In this document: positions 27,300 through 36,072 of the stretch, piece by piece
Position numbering within the stretch: the stretch's first letter is position 1
Layout of the letters: each line of letters opens with the position of its first letter
Source of the DNA: Candidatus Blackallbacteria bacterium
GTDB lineage: Bacteria; Cyanobacteriota; Sericytochromatia; UBA7694
Reading direction: 5' to 3'
Length of the DNA stretch: 64,000 nt
Assembly (NCBI GenBank): GCA_051715345.1
Contig: JBPXJQ010000003.1
Coordinates: forward strand, 1,261-65,260
Notes under the pieces: generated by a model
Database searches by the model: none
What the model saw: only the letters and a program-made list of their open reading frames with translations
Told to the model about the DNA's origin: nothing
Translations under genes and position numbers: made by a program

Positions 27300-28621
27300 A
27301 GGCGGGGCACCTGGGCAGCCAGACAATGCCAAGTGCCACCATACGTGACCAGATGATCAGCGTTGGCCCAGATCGGCTGATAACCGGCCTCGCGATACAG
27401 GGCTTCGACCTGCAGTTCATAATTGGCAAGCAAGTCTGCATCGGGATAATCATGCACACCATCATCTAAAAAAAGCCTTTCAAAACGGGGCAAAATCACT
27501 TTTCCATTGATCAAGAGAGAGTTGACATAAGAGCGAAAAAAGCTGATCTCATTCAGAACCATCGGCAAAGGCAGAGGAATGCGCTTAATTTTCACATCGG
27601 GATCCCAGGTTTTGAGTTGGGTCGCCAAGGTATCGGAAAGGGTTTTCCCGGCTGAATCCCGGCCCGTGGCCTGCTGATTGAGAAAGACTTGCAATTGCAG
27701 ATAAAAATCCCGCGACTCAGGCGGTACCAGCGCCAGCGTCTCGGGCAGAATTTCAGCGATCAGCAAAAGGTCGTCGCTGAGAAATTTGGCCCAGAGATCC
27801 ATATGGCCGTTGGGCTCTTTTGGCATCTTCGGCACCATCAAAAGACGTTGACTGAAGCGGCGCTTAAAATCTGCGTAGATGGCATTCATACCTTGGGGGT
27901 TCTGCTCAGCCACTTTGGCAGAGACAAAACAGAGATGGTCATTGCAGAGCAGGTTGCCGCCTTCTAAAATCAGAGGCAACTCTGATTTGAGCAGCGCGAT
28001 CTGTTTGGGCAGCAAACGCTGCTGTTTGAGTTCAAATTTAAGTTGGGCAGGCACAGCATCGTCATTGCTCACATCGGCATCGGATCGGTGGTAGTGGGGA
28101 TCAACCAATTTGAGCTCTTTGCTTCCCCCCAGAGTGCGAGCAGCAAACAAAGGTGCCCAATCACGGGTCCAAGCTGAGATGGTCTGGACATGCAAAGGTG
28201 TTAAATATTTCAACTTGTCTTTTGCTGACCCGAGTTCCAGATTATCGCGATACATTTCAAAATCCTGATTTTGCCCAGAGAGCAACCAAACCGGAATATC
28301 TGCTTTGAGCAGGGTCGAAACCAGATTTTTATCGCCGTGGTGTTTGTGCAAATTTTCAGAGACCAGAACTGCCGTGGTGGTTTCATATTCAGGCACCATG
28401 CGGTAGCGCAGCAGGGGCTTTTTTAAATTGACATCGTCCAAACAATCCTGAAAACGTGGCATTGCACGGGTCAAAAAAACACGTCCTTTGATACAGGGGT
28501 TGTCGGTTTGTTTGGGGGGAATGGTTTTCCCGCGCAGTCCCCCGCAGGCCGAAAGAAACCCACAACAAAAAAACAAAATAAAAAAGAAACGTATTTTGTC
28601 AGCCGTCATTTTCACAATCAC
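27296..28621 (-). CDS. Lipoprotein of the agmatine deiminase / Porphyromonas-type peptidyl-arginine deiminase family
   Basis: Lipobox FLSAC. Family motifs WTRDWAPLF, LEGGNLL, NGHMDLWAKF, SYVNSLLINGKVILPRF. C-terminal catalytic GGTWHC. Confidence 0.75.
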   Translation of the reverse strand: MIVKMTADKIRFFFILFFCCGFLSACGGLRGKTIPPKQTDNPCIKGRVFLTRAMPRFQDCLDDVNLKKPLLRYRMVPEYETTTAVLVSENLHKHHGDKNLVSTLLKADIPVWLLSGQNQDFEMYRDNLELGSAKDKLKYLTPLHVQTISAWTRDWAPLFAARTLGGSKELKLVDPHYHRSDADVSNDDAVPAQLKFELKQQRLLPKQIALLKSELPLILEGGNLLCNDHLCFVSAKVAEQNPQGMNAIYADFKRRFSQRLLMVPKMPKEPNGHMDLWAKFLSDDLLLIAEILPETLALVPPESRDFYLQLQVFLNQQATGRDSAGKTLSDTLATQLKTWDPDVKIKRIPLPLPMVLNEISFFRSYVNSLLINGKVILPRFERLFLDDGVHDYPDADLLANYELQVEALYREAGYQPIWANADHLVTYGGTWHCLAAQVPRL

Positions 28622-28720
28622 TCAGTCATTTCACGGATATCTAAATCTCAAAGACAGTATATTTAATCTGCCGACAAAACAGAAGCGAAAACCCGGAATA
28701 TAAGCGCAATATTAAACCAA

Positions 28721-28773
28721 ACACCCAAAACAAAAGAACTGTGTCAAATCTTAAGCAAATTTGACACAGTTCT
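28721..28773 (-). terminator. Rho-independent terminator of the OMP gene
   Basis: 15-bp perfect stem AGAACTGTGTCAAAT (28735-28749) / ATTTGACACAGTTCT (28759-28773). On the minus strand it is followed by TTTGTTTTGGG. Confidence 0.75.
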
Positions 28774-28805
28774 GACTAAAATATTCAGCTATTCAACAGA
28801 GGGGC

Positions 28806-29378
28806 TTAAATCGTCCAGCGCAGACCGAGGATATCACCTTGGCCGTTGTAGCCCAGGGTGCCTTCGAGACTGGGACTAAATTTATACCCGAGTTCGAAAC
28901 CGCTGGCAGGCGGATAAAAATCGGAAAAGCCCAAACGGCTGCCAAAGAAATTATAGCCACCTGCAATGTTTAAACGGCCGGTCAGTTGTGGGGTAAATTT
29001 ATACGCCAAACCAATCCCCAATTCCAGACCAACCCAGCGAGACAGGGTGGTATTGCTAAAATTGGCACTGCCCCAGACCCCAAAGATACCACTCAGAGAA
29101 AAGCCGCCCTGCTGTAAAAAGCGGTAGACGACACGCACATCATAACGGCTGTTGACGCCATTATTAAAGCCTTCCACAAGAAAAGGCAGGCCCAGTGACG
29201 CGCCGAGCGAAACCTGGGGAGCCAGTTTAAAGTCAAAAGCCAGACTGGGTCCGAGGGCAAAGACAAAAGCGGAGTGGTCCACTTCTGCTTTGGGCATGGT
29301 CGAGGCTTCTGCAGCGCCTGCAATCAGGCAGGATACAGCCAAAGCCAGGCTTGCAAGTGCAATAGAGGTTTTTTTCAT
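28806..29378 (-). CDS. Small outer-membrane beta-barrel protein
   Basis: Signal peptide MKKTSIALASLALAVSCLIAGAAEA. Alternating hydrophobic beta-strand pattern rich in Gly and aromatics. Confidence 0.7.
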   Translation of the reverse strand: MKKTSIALASLALAVSCLIAGAAEASTMPKAEVDHSAFVFALGPSLAFDFKLAPQVSLGASLGLPFLVEGFNNGVNSRYDVRVVYRFLQQGGFSLSGIFGVWGSANFSNTTLSRWVGLELGIGLAYKFTPQLTGRLNIAGGYNFFGSRLGFSDFYPPASGFELGYKFSPSLEGTLGYNGQGDILGLRWTI

Positions 29379-29390
29379 AGTTCTTATTCC

Positions 29391-30377
29391 TTACCAATAA
29401 TGGTTGTGATTCTTTTGATAAAATTCCAGGGTTTGGGCCAGTCCCTGCCGAATACTCAGCCGGGGAGCCCAGCCCAATTGAGAGCGAATCTGGGCGATGT
29501 CGAGAACAAAGTCACCCACGTCATAATTGCGACTGCCAGGGGGCCAATCGGTTTGTTCGAGGTGACCTGAACCCGCCAATTCAATGATTGTCTGGGCCAG
29601 TTCAATAAACGGCAGACCTTCACCTGCGCCCACATTCCAAACTTTGCCCAGAGCCGCTGGGTGTAGACCTGACAAAAGCAAAGCCTCACACGCATCACCC
29701 ACATGTAAATAATCGCGGACCTGTTGGCCATCGCCATAAATTTTCAGTGGGCGGTTTTCCAGAGCCAGTCGCAGAAAGAAATTGAGCACATTGTACTTGG
29801 GATGTTTCATCTGGGCCCGTGGACCATAGATGTTGCCGACCCGCAGGGAAGTCACTGGCAAACCATAGTGCAGATGATAAATCAGGTGGTACTGCTCTGC
29901 CGCAAAGCGGTTGATCGAATAAATATCCCGAGGCAAAACCGGAGAGTCTTCTGTTGCAGGCAAAAACGGTGGACTGCCATAAAAGGCCCGAGTGCCCACG
30001 AAAACAATCCGGGCTGCAGGATTGACCTGACGACAGGCTTCCAAAAGAATCAAATTGCCTTTGCAGTTGATATCTAAATCCAGCAAAGGATTAGACATGC
30101 TGTCGGAATGACTGGTCTGGGCGGCAATATTGAAGACAATCTCCTGCTCAGGCAAAAGTGCGCGCAAGGCCTCCGAATTGCGCAAATCCGAAAGATGGAC
30201 CTGCACCTGATCCCGAAAACCTTCAAGGTTAAACCAATTGGCACCATGATCCGGTAAAAAATTGTCCACCAATGTAACCTGAGCACCGAGCTGAACCAGC
30301 CGCTGGGCCAAGTTGCTGCCAATAAAGCCCAGGCCGCCCAGCAGCAAAACTTTGCGCCGCGAATAGCCTTCGATCAC
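29391..30377 (-). CDS. NAD-dependent sugar-nucleotide epimerase/dehydratase (extended SDR)
   Basis: Rossmann motif LLLGGLGFIGSNL. Typical VGNIYGPR segment. The catalytic-tetrad position reads YSINR (YxxxR) rather than YxxxK. Confidence 0.8.
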   Translation of the reverse strand: MIEGYSRRKVLLLGGLGFIGSNLAQRLVQLGAQVTLVDNFLPDHGANWFNLEGFRDQVQVHLSDLRNSEALRALLPEQEIVFNIAAQTSHSDSMSNPLLDLDINCKGNLILLEACRQVNPAARIVFVGTRAFYGSPPFLPATEDSPVLPRDIYSINRFAAEQYHLIYHLHYGLPVTSLRVGNIYGPRAQMKHPKYNVLNFFLRLALENRPLKIYGDGQQVRDYLHVGDACEALLLSGLHPAALGKVWNVGAGEGLPFIELAQTIIELAGSGHLEQTDWPPGSRNYDVGDFVLDIAQIRSQLGWAPRLSIRQGLAQTLEFYQKNHNHYW

Positions 30378-30464
30378 TTTATTTTCTTCCTTTTCCGGAC
30401 TCTGCCGCAGACCCCGTACAAGTCAGGTCTGTTTAAGCAGTATACCCGAATAACGCACTCAAAG

Positions 30465-32915
30465 TCAGAAGTGGTAGCCCGTACCAAAGGTCACCCCATG
30501 GTAAATCTGACTGGCCTCAGAGCCCAGGTCAAACATCATCAGGCCCTGGTAGCCCAGATTGAGCGAGATCTTACTCTGGCCCAAATTGATCATATCCCAG
30601 TTGATCAGGAAATTAATCTGGGTATCCCAGCGGCTGAGTGGCAGTCCCGACAATTGGATATTGGAGAGATCCTGCATGACATAATGGGGGGCGAGACTGA
30701 GCTCCAACGAAAGGGGCTCGATGATCCGATAGCCCATGTGCAGACGCAGGCCGGCACCAATATACGAACGGGCCGCCAAGAAATAGTGATTACGCGGATC
30801 GTTGCTGCTGCTGGTGCTGCGGTAATAGCCATCGAGCCCGGTTGCCAGTTCAAACTGGGGCGTAGCCACCACTTTGTACAAAACAGCCAAGTTGGCATTG
30901 ATCAATTCACTCAAGGTGCCATTTTGGCTGGTGACATTGCTGGTATAGTCAAAGCCACTCAAAGAGCTGAGATCCAATGCAACCCCAAGTTTGCCCAAGG
31001 CAGTAGTGGGCTCGCCAAACCAGATCAGGGTATTCAAGTGGGCTGATATGCCCGCACTGCCACTGACCGTTTGCTCTGCATCGTTCATTTTGAGCCCCTC
31101 TTTGACAGAGGTTGGAACGCGCTCATCGTAGATCAGCTTATACGTGCCCAGCAGCATCAAGCGATTGCGCAACGGGGGAGGCATCACATTGGCAGCAGCA
31201 GCAGAGGGCAAAGGTGTCGGGCTCGCTTTGGCCACCTGATTGGGACTGGCCGTGGGCAGGGGAATATTAACCAAACTGTCGGGATCAGCTGGTTTGAGTG
31301 TCGGAACAGCGGAAGGGGCCGCAGTACTGGCTCCTGGCGAGGGGCTGGCACTGAGACTGCGCAATTGGTTTTCCAAATCACTCAGACTCAAATCACCGCT
31401 GCTGGGAGAGGCTTTAGGCAAAGGAACCGGTGTAGGCATGGGCTGTGCAACCGAAGGTTTGGCTGTCGGCAGTGGCGAAACAGGTTTTTGGCTGGCCACA
31501 GGGGTGGGCTTGCCGCTCGGTTTGGCCGTCGGCTTGGCTGTTGGCTTGGCTGTCGGTTTAGTGCTGGGTTTGGGCGTGGGTTTGATCTGCGGTGGCTTGG
31601 CCGTCAATTTGGGCGAGGGCAACACAGAAGGTTTGGCACTCAAGCTCGGGCTGGGCACCACAGGCGGTTTGGTCGAGGCCGTCGGAGGGTTAAACAGGGC
31701 ATTCAAGGCATCCATATCTGCACTGCCACTGGGTTTGGGTGTAACAGGTGCGCCCGAAGGTTTGGGGGTCGCAGGCACAGCGGTAGGCTTGGCCGTCGGT
31801 TTGGCGGTTGGGGAAGGCTTGGGAGTTGCAGGGGCCTTACTGGGCTGCGCACAATCACTCAGCAGGGCTTCCAACTCGCTCAAAGAGCCATCGCCACATT
31901 TATTCGCGCCAGAGGCCTGGGGCTTGGCCGTTGGTTTTGCCGTCGGCTTCGCGGTCGGTTTGGCCGTGGGCACAGGTTTGGGTGTTGCGGTCGGCACAGG
32001 GCGAGCAGTTGGAACGGGGGTGGGTTTGGACGAGGGCGCAACCGAGGGTTTGCTGGTCGGCGGCGTGCCCGAGGGCGTACCCGAAGCACAGGTGCCAGAG
32101 AGCAGGCATTCGATTTGACTGAGATTGTCTCCCGAAGAGCCGGTCGGCGGGGTGCTGGTGGGAGGAAGCCCTGTTGGGGGCGTGATCGTGGGGGGAGTGC
32201 CTGTTGGCGGCAGCGAGCCCAGGGAATCTTCAATCGGAGGCTGAGGACGGGGCTGTGAGAGCGCTGCTTTGACATCTTCGTAGAGCAAACCCGCAGCTTT
32301 GGCCGCCATGATCAGGGTTTCGTAGCGGGTAATTTTATTCTTGCCTTTGAAACTGCCACCTGGGTAGCCATTGGTTAATTGCCAAGTATTGGTAATTCTG
32401 TCGATCATTTGCTCATGATCTTTGTCGACATCTTTGAGCGAGATTTTTTTGTCTCGGGGCATGGGAGGAGAGGCAGGCATAAAGGTCAGTAATCGATTCA
32501 TACTGTCGGCAAATTCATAGCGAGAGACAGGACGCAGACCTTCAAATAAACCACTGTCCATGGTCATTAAATCAGCTTGAACAACCCGATTGATGTATTT
32601 ATACTCTTTGCTGTCAGGTGAAACATCGGAAATAATCAGAATGGTGACATTGGGAATTTGTTTGCTGCCCATCATGCGGTCAAGCAATTCGGCAAATTGA
32701 AAGCGCGTCAGAGGCAAATCCCCAGCAAAGCGATCATAAGACACACCCTGCATGAATTTTTTATCATACATGACCTTGGCTTCGAGCGAGGCCCAGTGTT
32801 TATAATCCACATCGGTATAGGGTAAACCTTCGGCAAAGGCCCCCATCACCAGAGTAAAGACCAAGAACCAAGCCAAATACACCCGGAAGATCGACTGTCT
32901 GAAAATAGCGCTCAC
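30465..32915 (-). CDS. SLH-domain / Pro-Thr-Lys-rich linker / C-terminal beta-barrel outer-membrane tether protein
   Basis: Signal peptide. N-terminal SLH-like repeats (PYTDVDYKHWASLEA, RYEFADSMNRLL, TRYETLIMAAKA). Low-complexity linker of about 350 aa. C-terminal beta-barrel ending GVTFGTGYHF. Confidence 0.8.
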   Translation of the reverse strand: MSAIFRQSIFRVYLAWFLVFTLVMGAFAEGLPYTDVDYKHWASLEAKVMYDKKFMQGVSYDRFAGDLPLTRFQFAELLDRMMGSKQIPNVTILIISDVSPDSKEYKYINRVVQADLMTMDSGLFEGLRPVSRYEFADSMNRLLTFMPASPPMPRDKKISLKDVDKDHEQMIDRITNTWQLTNGYPGGSFKGKNKITRYETLIMAAKAAGLLYEDVKAALSQPRPQPPIEDSLGSLPPTGTPPTITPPTGLPPTSTPPTGSSGDNLSQIECLLSGTCASGTPSGTPPTSKPSVAPSSKPTPVPTARPVPTATPKPVPTAKPTAKPTAKPTAKPQASGANKCGDGSLSELEALLSDCAQPSKAPATPKPSPTAKPTAKPTAVPATPKPSGAPVTPKPSGSADMDALNALFNPPTASTKPPVVPSPSLSAKPSVLPSPKLTAKPPQIKPTPKPSTKPTAKPTAKPTAKPSGKPTPVASQKPVSPLPTAKPSVAQPMPTPVPLPKASPSSGDLSLSDLENQLRSLSASPSPGASTAAPSAVPTLKPADPDSLVNIPLPTASPNQVAKASPTPLPSAAAANVMPPPLRNRLMLLGTYKLIYDERVPTSVKEGLKMNDAEQTVSGSAGISAHLNTLIWFGEPTTALGKLGVALDLSSLSGFDYTSNVTSQNGTLSELINANLAVLYKVVATPQFELATGLDGYYRSTSSSNDPRNHYFLAARSYIGAGLRLHMGYRIIEPLSLELSLAPHYVMQDLSNIQLSGLPLSRWDTQINFLINWDMINLGQSKISLNLGYQGLMMFDLGSEASQIYHGVTFGTGYHF
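31521..31580 (-). repeat. Tandem 12-nt repeats encoding (KPTA)n in the SLH-porin linker
   Basis: Five consecutive 12-nt units on the plus strand (tttggccgtcgg, cttggctgttgg, cttggctgtcgg and so on). Similar arrays lie near 31786-31810 and 31920-31975. Confidence 0.85.
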
Positions 32916-32995
32916 CTTTTCTGAGTTATAGTTAATTAAATTATACCTGTATTTGCCCTCTGACTTACTTGCACCAGAGGCCCAAAGGAGATTTC

Positions 32996-33550
32996 ATGCA
33001 GATTCATTTTCATGCCGAGCCCCTCGCTTACCAAGGCCCGGAACTCACCTCTCACTTTATTTACAACCGTTTTGGCCTGCGCGGAGATGCCATGGTGGCC
33101 TTTGCAGGCCCCTGTGAGGTTCATTTAAAAGACATGGTGGACCTCGAAGATGTTCACGCCGATGCCCCGATCTACAGCGAGTCTATGTTGCATTTTTTAA
33201 TTGAACATTTTCAAACCCCTTTAGAGACCATGGTATTGCGTCAGCGTCTGCTCACGGCCCAAATTCAAACCCGCTTGCAGGCAGCCGGGCAAAGCCAGGT
33301 CCGCCGCAGCGGTGACGATCTTTATGATGGTTCAAATAAACTGTCAGTTTCAATTGCCACAGTCAGTCCGGTCTCAGGCCTGATCCATTTTGGGATCAAT
33401 CTCTCTAGTAAAAACACCCCAGTGCCAACACGCGGCCTGAACGATTATGGGATTGAGTGGCAAGCGTTTGCCCAGGCTGTACTCACAACCTATTTAGACG
33501 AAGACCGCTCCATTCGCCAGGCCTTGACCAAAGTGCGTTGGGTTGCTTAA
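32996..33550 (+). CDS. Conserved hypothetical protein (DUF366-like by recollection)
   Basis: AAAGGAG (32984-32990) lies 5 nt upstream of ATG 32996. 184 aa. The segments MVDLEDV, MLHFLIEHF, LRQRLL, GDDLY and KLSVSIATVSPVS resemble DUF366-family proteins. The family call is from memory only. Confidence 0.6.
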   Translation: MQIHFHAEPLAYQGPELTSHFIYNRFGLRGDAMVAFAGPCEVHLKDMVDLEDVHADAPIYSESMLHFLIEHFQTPLETMVLRQRLLTAQIQTRLQAAGQSQVRRSGDDLYDGSNKLSVSIATVSPVSGLIHFGINLSSKNTPVPTRGLNDYGIEWQAFAQAVLTTYLDEDRSIRQALTKVRWVA

Positions 33551-33727
33551 AACTGAGTGGGGATCCCAAAATAATTGCAGAAATGGGAGCGTGTACAGAA
33601 AAGCAGCCAAAGCCTTACTTTATGAGCCTCAAGAAGTAAAAAAGATCGCCGAGAAAGGGCTTCTAGATCTTTTCTTAACAAAAACTTAGCCAAAAATTAG
33701 AAAGAAATCCCGATCAGCAGCCTATAG

Positions 33728-33733
33728 TATAAT
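33728..33733 (+). promoter_or_regulatory. Candidate -10 box (perfect TATAAT) for the peptidoglycan-binding repeat protein gene
   Basis: TATAAT at 33728-33733, 32 nt upstream of ATG 33765 and upstream of the AGGAAGG RBS (33753-33759). No convincing -35 element at 17-nt spacing. Confidence 0.3.
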
Positions 33734-33764
33734 GAAGATCAGCTATAGCGCAAGGAAGGTTATC

Positions 33765-36017
33765 ATGTTCAACGGCAATGTGAACTACAACAACCCGCAG
33801 ATACCCATGGCATCTACGGTTCCGGTCCAGGGCAGCCCGCCCCCGGTTTATGCACAACCCCCTCAGACCTATCAACCCGCAGGTTTGCCGCAGCCCTATG
33901 CGCCACAACCTGCCTATGGGGCAGATCAGGCCCGTTTCTCTCCCCAAATGCCAGTAACTTCGCCCGCTCCTGCCGTTGAAGTGGGTCTTTTCGACAAGAT
34001 GAAATCGTATTTCAACGATGTCTACCGCTCCGATGACAACCTGCGCGCATATAAAGTTTTCCAGAGCGAAGTGGACAACAATCCCGCAACCCTCAAACCT
34101 GGCAGCGGCGATAAAACCCGCGTCAGCGACCTGCAACAGAAGCTGAATATTGCAGGATTTAAAGCCAATGTCAACGGCATTTATGGCTATGCCACCGGTG
34201 AAGCCGTCAAAGAATTTAAAGTCAAAATGGGCCTGAACGATGGCTATCTTGATGCCGATGGCAAACCTGCCGTGTCGGATATTGCCACCCCCCAGATGCA
34301 GTCTGTGCTGCAATCTGTGGTCAGCCGCAAGCTCTCTGGCCAACCCGGCCCCGTCAATCCTCTGCCGATCACCCAAGAAGATATGCTCTGGGCCCAAAAC
34401 CTGATGACCCGTGTTCAGAATTTTGGCTATAAACCCAGCCAGCAAGAATACGATCGCTATCAGGATATTCTTGCCCGCCAGCAGCAAAATGGCGCTCCTG
34501 CCATGCCTGTTCCGGCTCAGCCTGCTCCACCTGTCTATGCTCCCCAGCCTGCGCCCCCTGTCTATGCCCCCAATCCCACCGCTCCCGTTCAGGGCGCAGT
34601 GACTCAGCAAGAACTCGATTGGGCCATGCAAATGCAGGATCGGATTGTGCAGGGCTACCGCCCCAACCCACAGGAAGCAGCCGCTTATGAAAACATTCAA
34701 CAGCGTTACACCGCTCAGCAGCCTGCAGCTCCAGCCGCACCTCAGCCTTCGGGCCAATTGCGCCCGGTCACCCAGGAAGAGCTGGACTGGGCCACGCAAA
34801 TGCAAGATCGCATTATCAAAGGCTATCGCCCCAATCAGGCGGAAGCGGATCGCTACACAGATATTTTCAACCGCTATCAGAGCCAGCCTGCCAACCCTGG
34901 CACACCTCCCGCACCGCCCAAGCCCGAAAAACCGGCTTATGATCCCGGTGTGACAGCCCCTGTGGTGGTGGACAATACGGTCAGCGAGCAGGAATTGCAA
35001 TGGGCCATGGACTTGCAGAAACGGATTGATACCCAGGGTTACCGTCCGACACAACACGAAATTGCCCGCTACACGGATATTTACACCCGTTACCAAGCAC
35101 AACAGGCCCAACAGCCTGCGGCACCCACCCAGCCAGTGGCTCCCACCCAGCCACAGCAACCGGCAGGTCCCTCGCAGCCTGCCGTGCCCACCCAGCCCCA
35201 ACAGCCCGCGGCTCCACCCGTGCAACGGGGTGCCACCATGGATGAAATCCGCTGGGCCAATCAGCTCGAAGACAAAATGGCCAAAGGTATCCAAGCCAGT
35301 GCCGATGAGCTCTACCAATACAACCAGATTCAGATGAAGCTGGCCAATTATGGTGTGGCTTCTACAGCACCAGCGGCTCCCACGGCCCCTGCAGCCCCCA
35401 CAGCAGGCAGTCTGACCCAGTCTGAAATTGACTGGGCACTGCAATTGCAACACAAAGTACAATTTGAAGGTTATCAGCCCACCCAGCAAGAGGTGGCCGC
35501 TTATACCCAGATTTTTGCTCTTTACCAACAATTGCTGGAAAGCCAACAGGCCCAGCCTCAACCACAACCCCAGGCCCCCATGCAACCGGTTCAGCCGATT
35601 CAACCCGCTCAACCCGTCGCTCCTGCCGCCCCGACAGCGCCTGTGGCTCCCAGCGGAGCACGCCCGGTCACCCAGGAAGAAATCCAGTGGGCCAGCCAAT
35701 TGCAGCAATTGGTTCAGGGTGGTTATCAGGCCTCTGAGCAGGAAATCGCCACTTATACCGACATTTACAACCGCATGCAAGGGGGCGTCAGCGCCCAGGC
35801 ACCTGCGGCCCCAACAGCGCCGACCGCACCCGCTCCCCAGCCCGCACCCGTGGCGCCTGGCAGCGTGATGGTCAATGTGGGCGCCACTGACCCCGAATTG
35901 CAGTGGGCCCTGGAATTGCTCAATCGCTACCGTCAGGGCTACCAGCCCAGCGCTCCCGAGTTGACGATGTATGAGCAAATCATTGGCCGCAAAGCCGTTC
36001 CCGGCGCGACACCGTAA
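33765..36017 (+). CDS. Secreted/envelope protein: Pro/Gln-rich N-terminus, PG_binding_1-like domain, 8 copies of a novel helical repeat of about 38 aa
   Basis: RBS AGGAAGG lies 5 nt upstream of ATG 33765. The peptidoglycan-binding-like segment is VSDLQQKLNIAGFKANVNGIYGYATGEAVKEFKVKMGL. The eight repeats are listed under feature 34368..35990. Confidence 0.8.
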   Translation: MFNGNVNYNNPQIPMASTVPVQGSPPPVYAQPPQTYQPAGLPQPYAPQPAYGADQARFSPQMPVTSPAPAVEVGLFDKMKSYFNDVYRSDDNLRAYKVFQSEVDNNPATLKPGSGDKTRVSDLQQKLNIAGFKANVNGIYGYATGEAVKEFKVKMGLNDGYLDADGKPAVSDIATPQMQSVLQSVVSRKLSGQPGPVNPLPITQEDMLWAQNLMTRVQNFGYKPSQQEYDRYQDILARQQQNGAPAMPVPAQPAPPVYAPQPAPPVYAPNPTAPVQGAVTQQELDWAMQMQDRIVQGYRPNPQEAAAYENIQQRYTAQQPAAPAAPQPSGQLRPVTQEELDWATQMQDRIIKGYRPNQAEADRYTDIFNRYQSQPANPGTPPAPPKPEKPAYDPGVTAPVVVDNTVSEQELQWAMDLQKRIDTQGYRPTQHEIARYTDIYTRYQAQQAQQPAAPTQPVAPTQPQQPAGPSQPAVPTQPQQPAAPPVQRGATMDEIRWANQLEDKMAKGIQASADELYQYNQIQMKLANYGVASTAPAAPTAPAAPTAGSLTQSEIDWALQLQHKVQFEGYQPTQQEVAAYTQIFALYQQLLESQQAQPQPQPQAPMQPVQPIQPAQPVAPAAPTAPVAPSGARPVTQEEIQWASQLQQLVQGGYQASEQEIATYTDIYNRMQGGVSAQAPAAPTAPTAPAPQPAPVAPGSVMVNVGATDPELQWALELLNRYRQGYQPSAPELTMYEQIIGRKAVPGATP
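34368..35990 (+). repeat. Eight protein-level repeats separated by Pro/Ala/Gln linkers; consensus (V/L)TQxE(L/I)xWAxQ(L/M)QxR(I/V)xxGYxPxxxExxxYxxI(F/Y)xRYQ
   Basis: Copies start near 34368, 34599, 34767, 34980, 35232, 35412, 35667 and 35886. Examples: VTQQELDWAMQMQDRIVQGYRPNPQEAAAYENIQQRY and VTQEEIQWASQLQQLVQGGYQASEQEIATYTDIYNRMQ. Confidence 0.85.
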
Positions 36018-36030
36018 GTAAAGGAAGTCC

Positions 36031-36067
36031 ACAAGCTCCAGGTTGCAAGCCTGGAGCTTGTGTTTTA
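36031..36067 (+). terminator. Hairpin terminator/attenuator between the repeat protein and the SpoIID gene
   Basis: 12-bp perfect stem ACAAGCTCCAGG (36031-36042) / CCTGGAGCTTGT (36050-36061), followed by GTTTTA. Confidence 0.6.
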
Positions 36068-36072
36068 AGCCC

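Noticed and set aside
31071-32258. 395-aa and 292-aa plus-strand ORFs (Gly/Arg-rich, GLAVG repeats)
   Set aside because: They are shadows of the Pro/Thr/Lys/Ala linker of the minus-strand SLH-porin gene. The repeats are simply the reverse complement of the (KPTA)n tracts.
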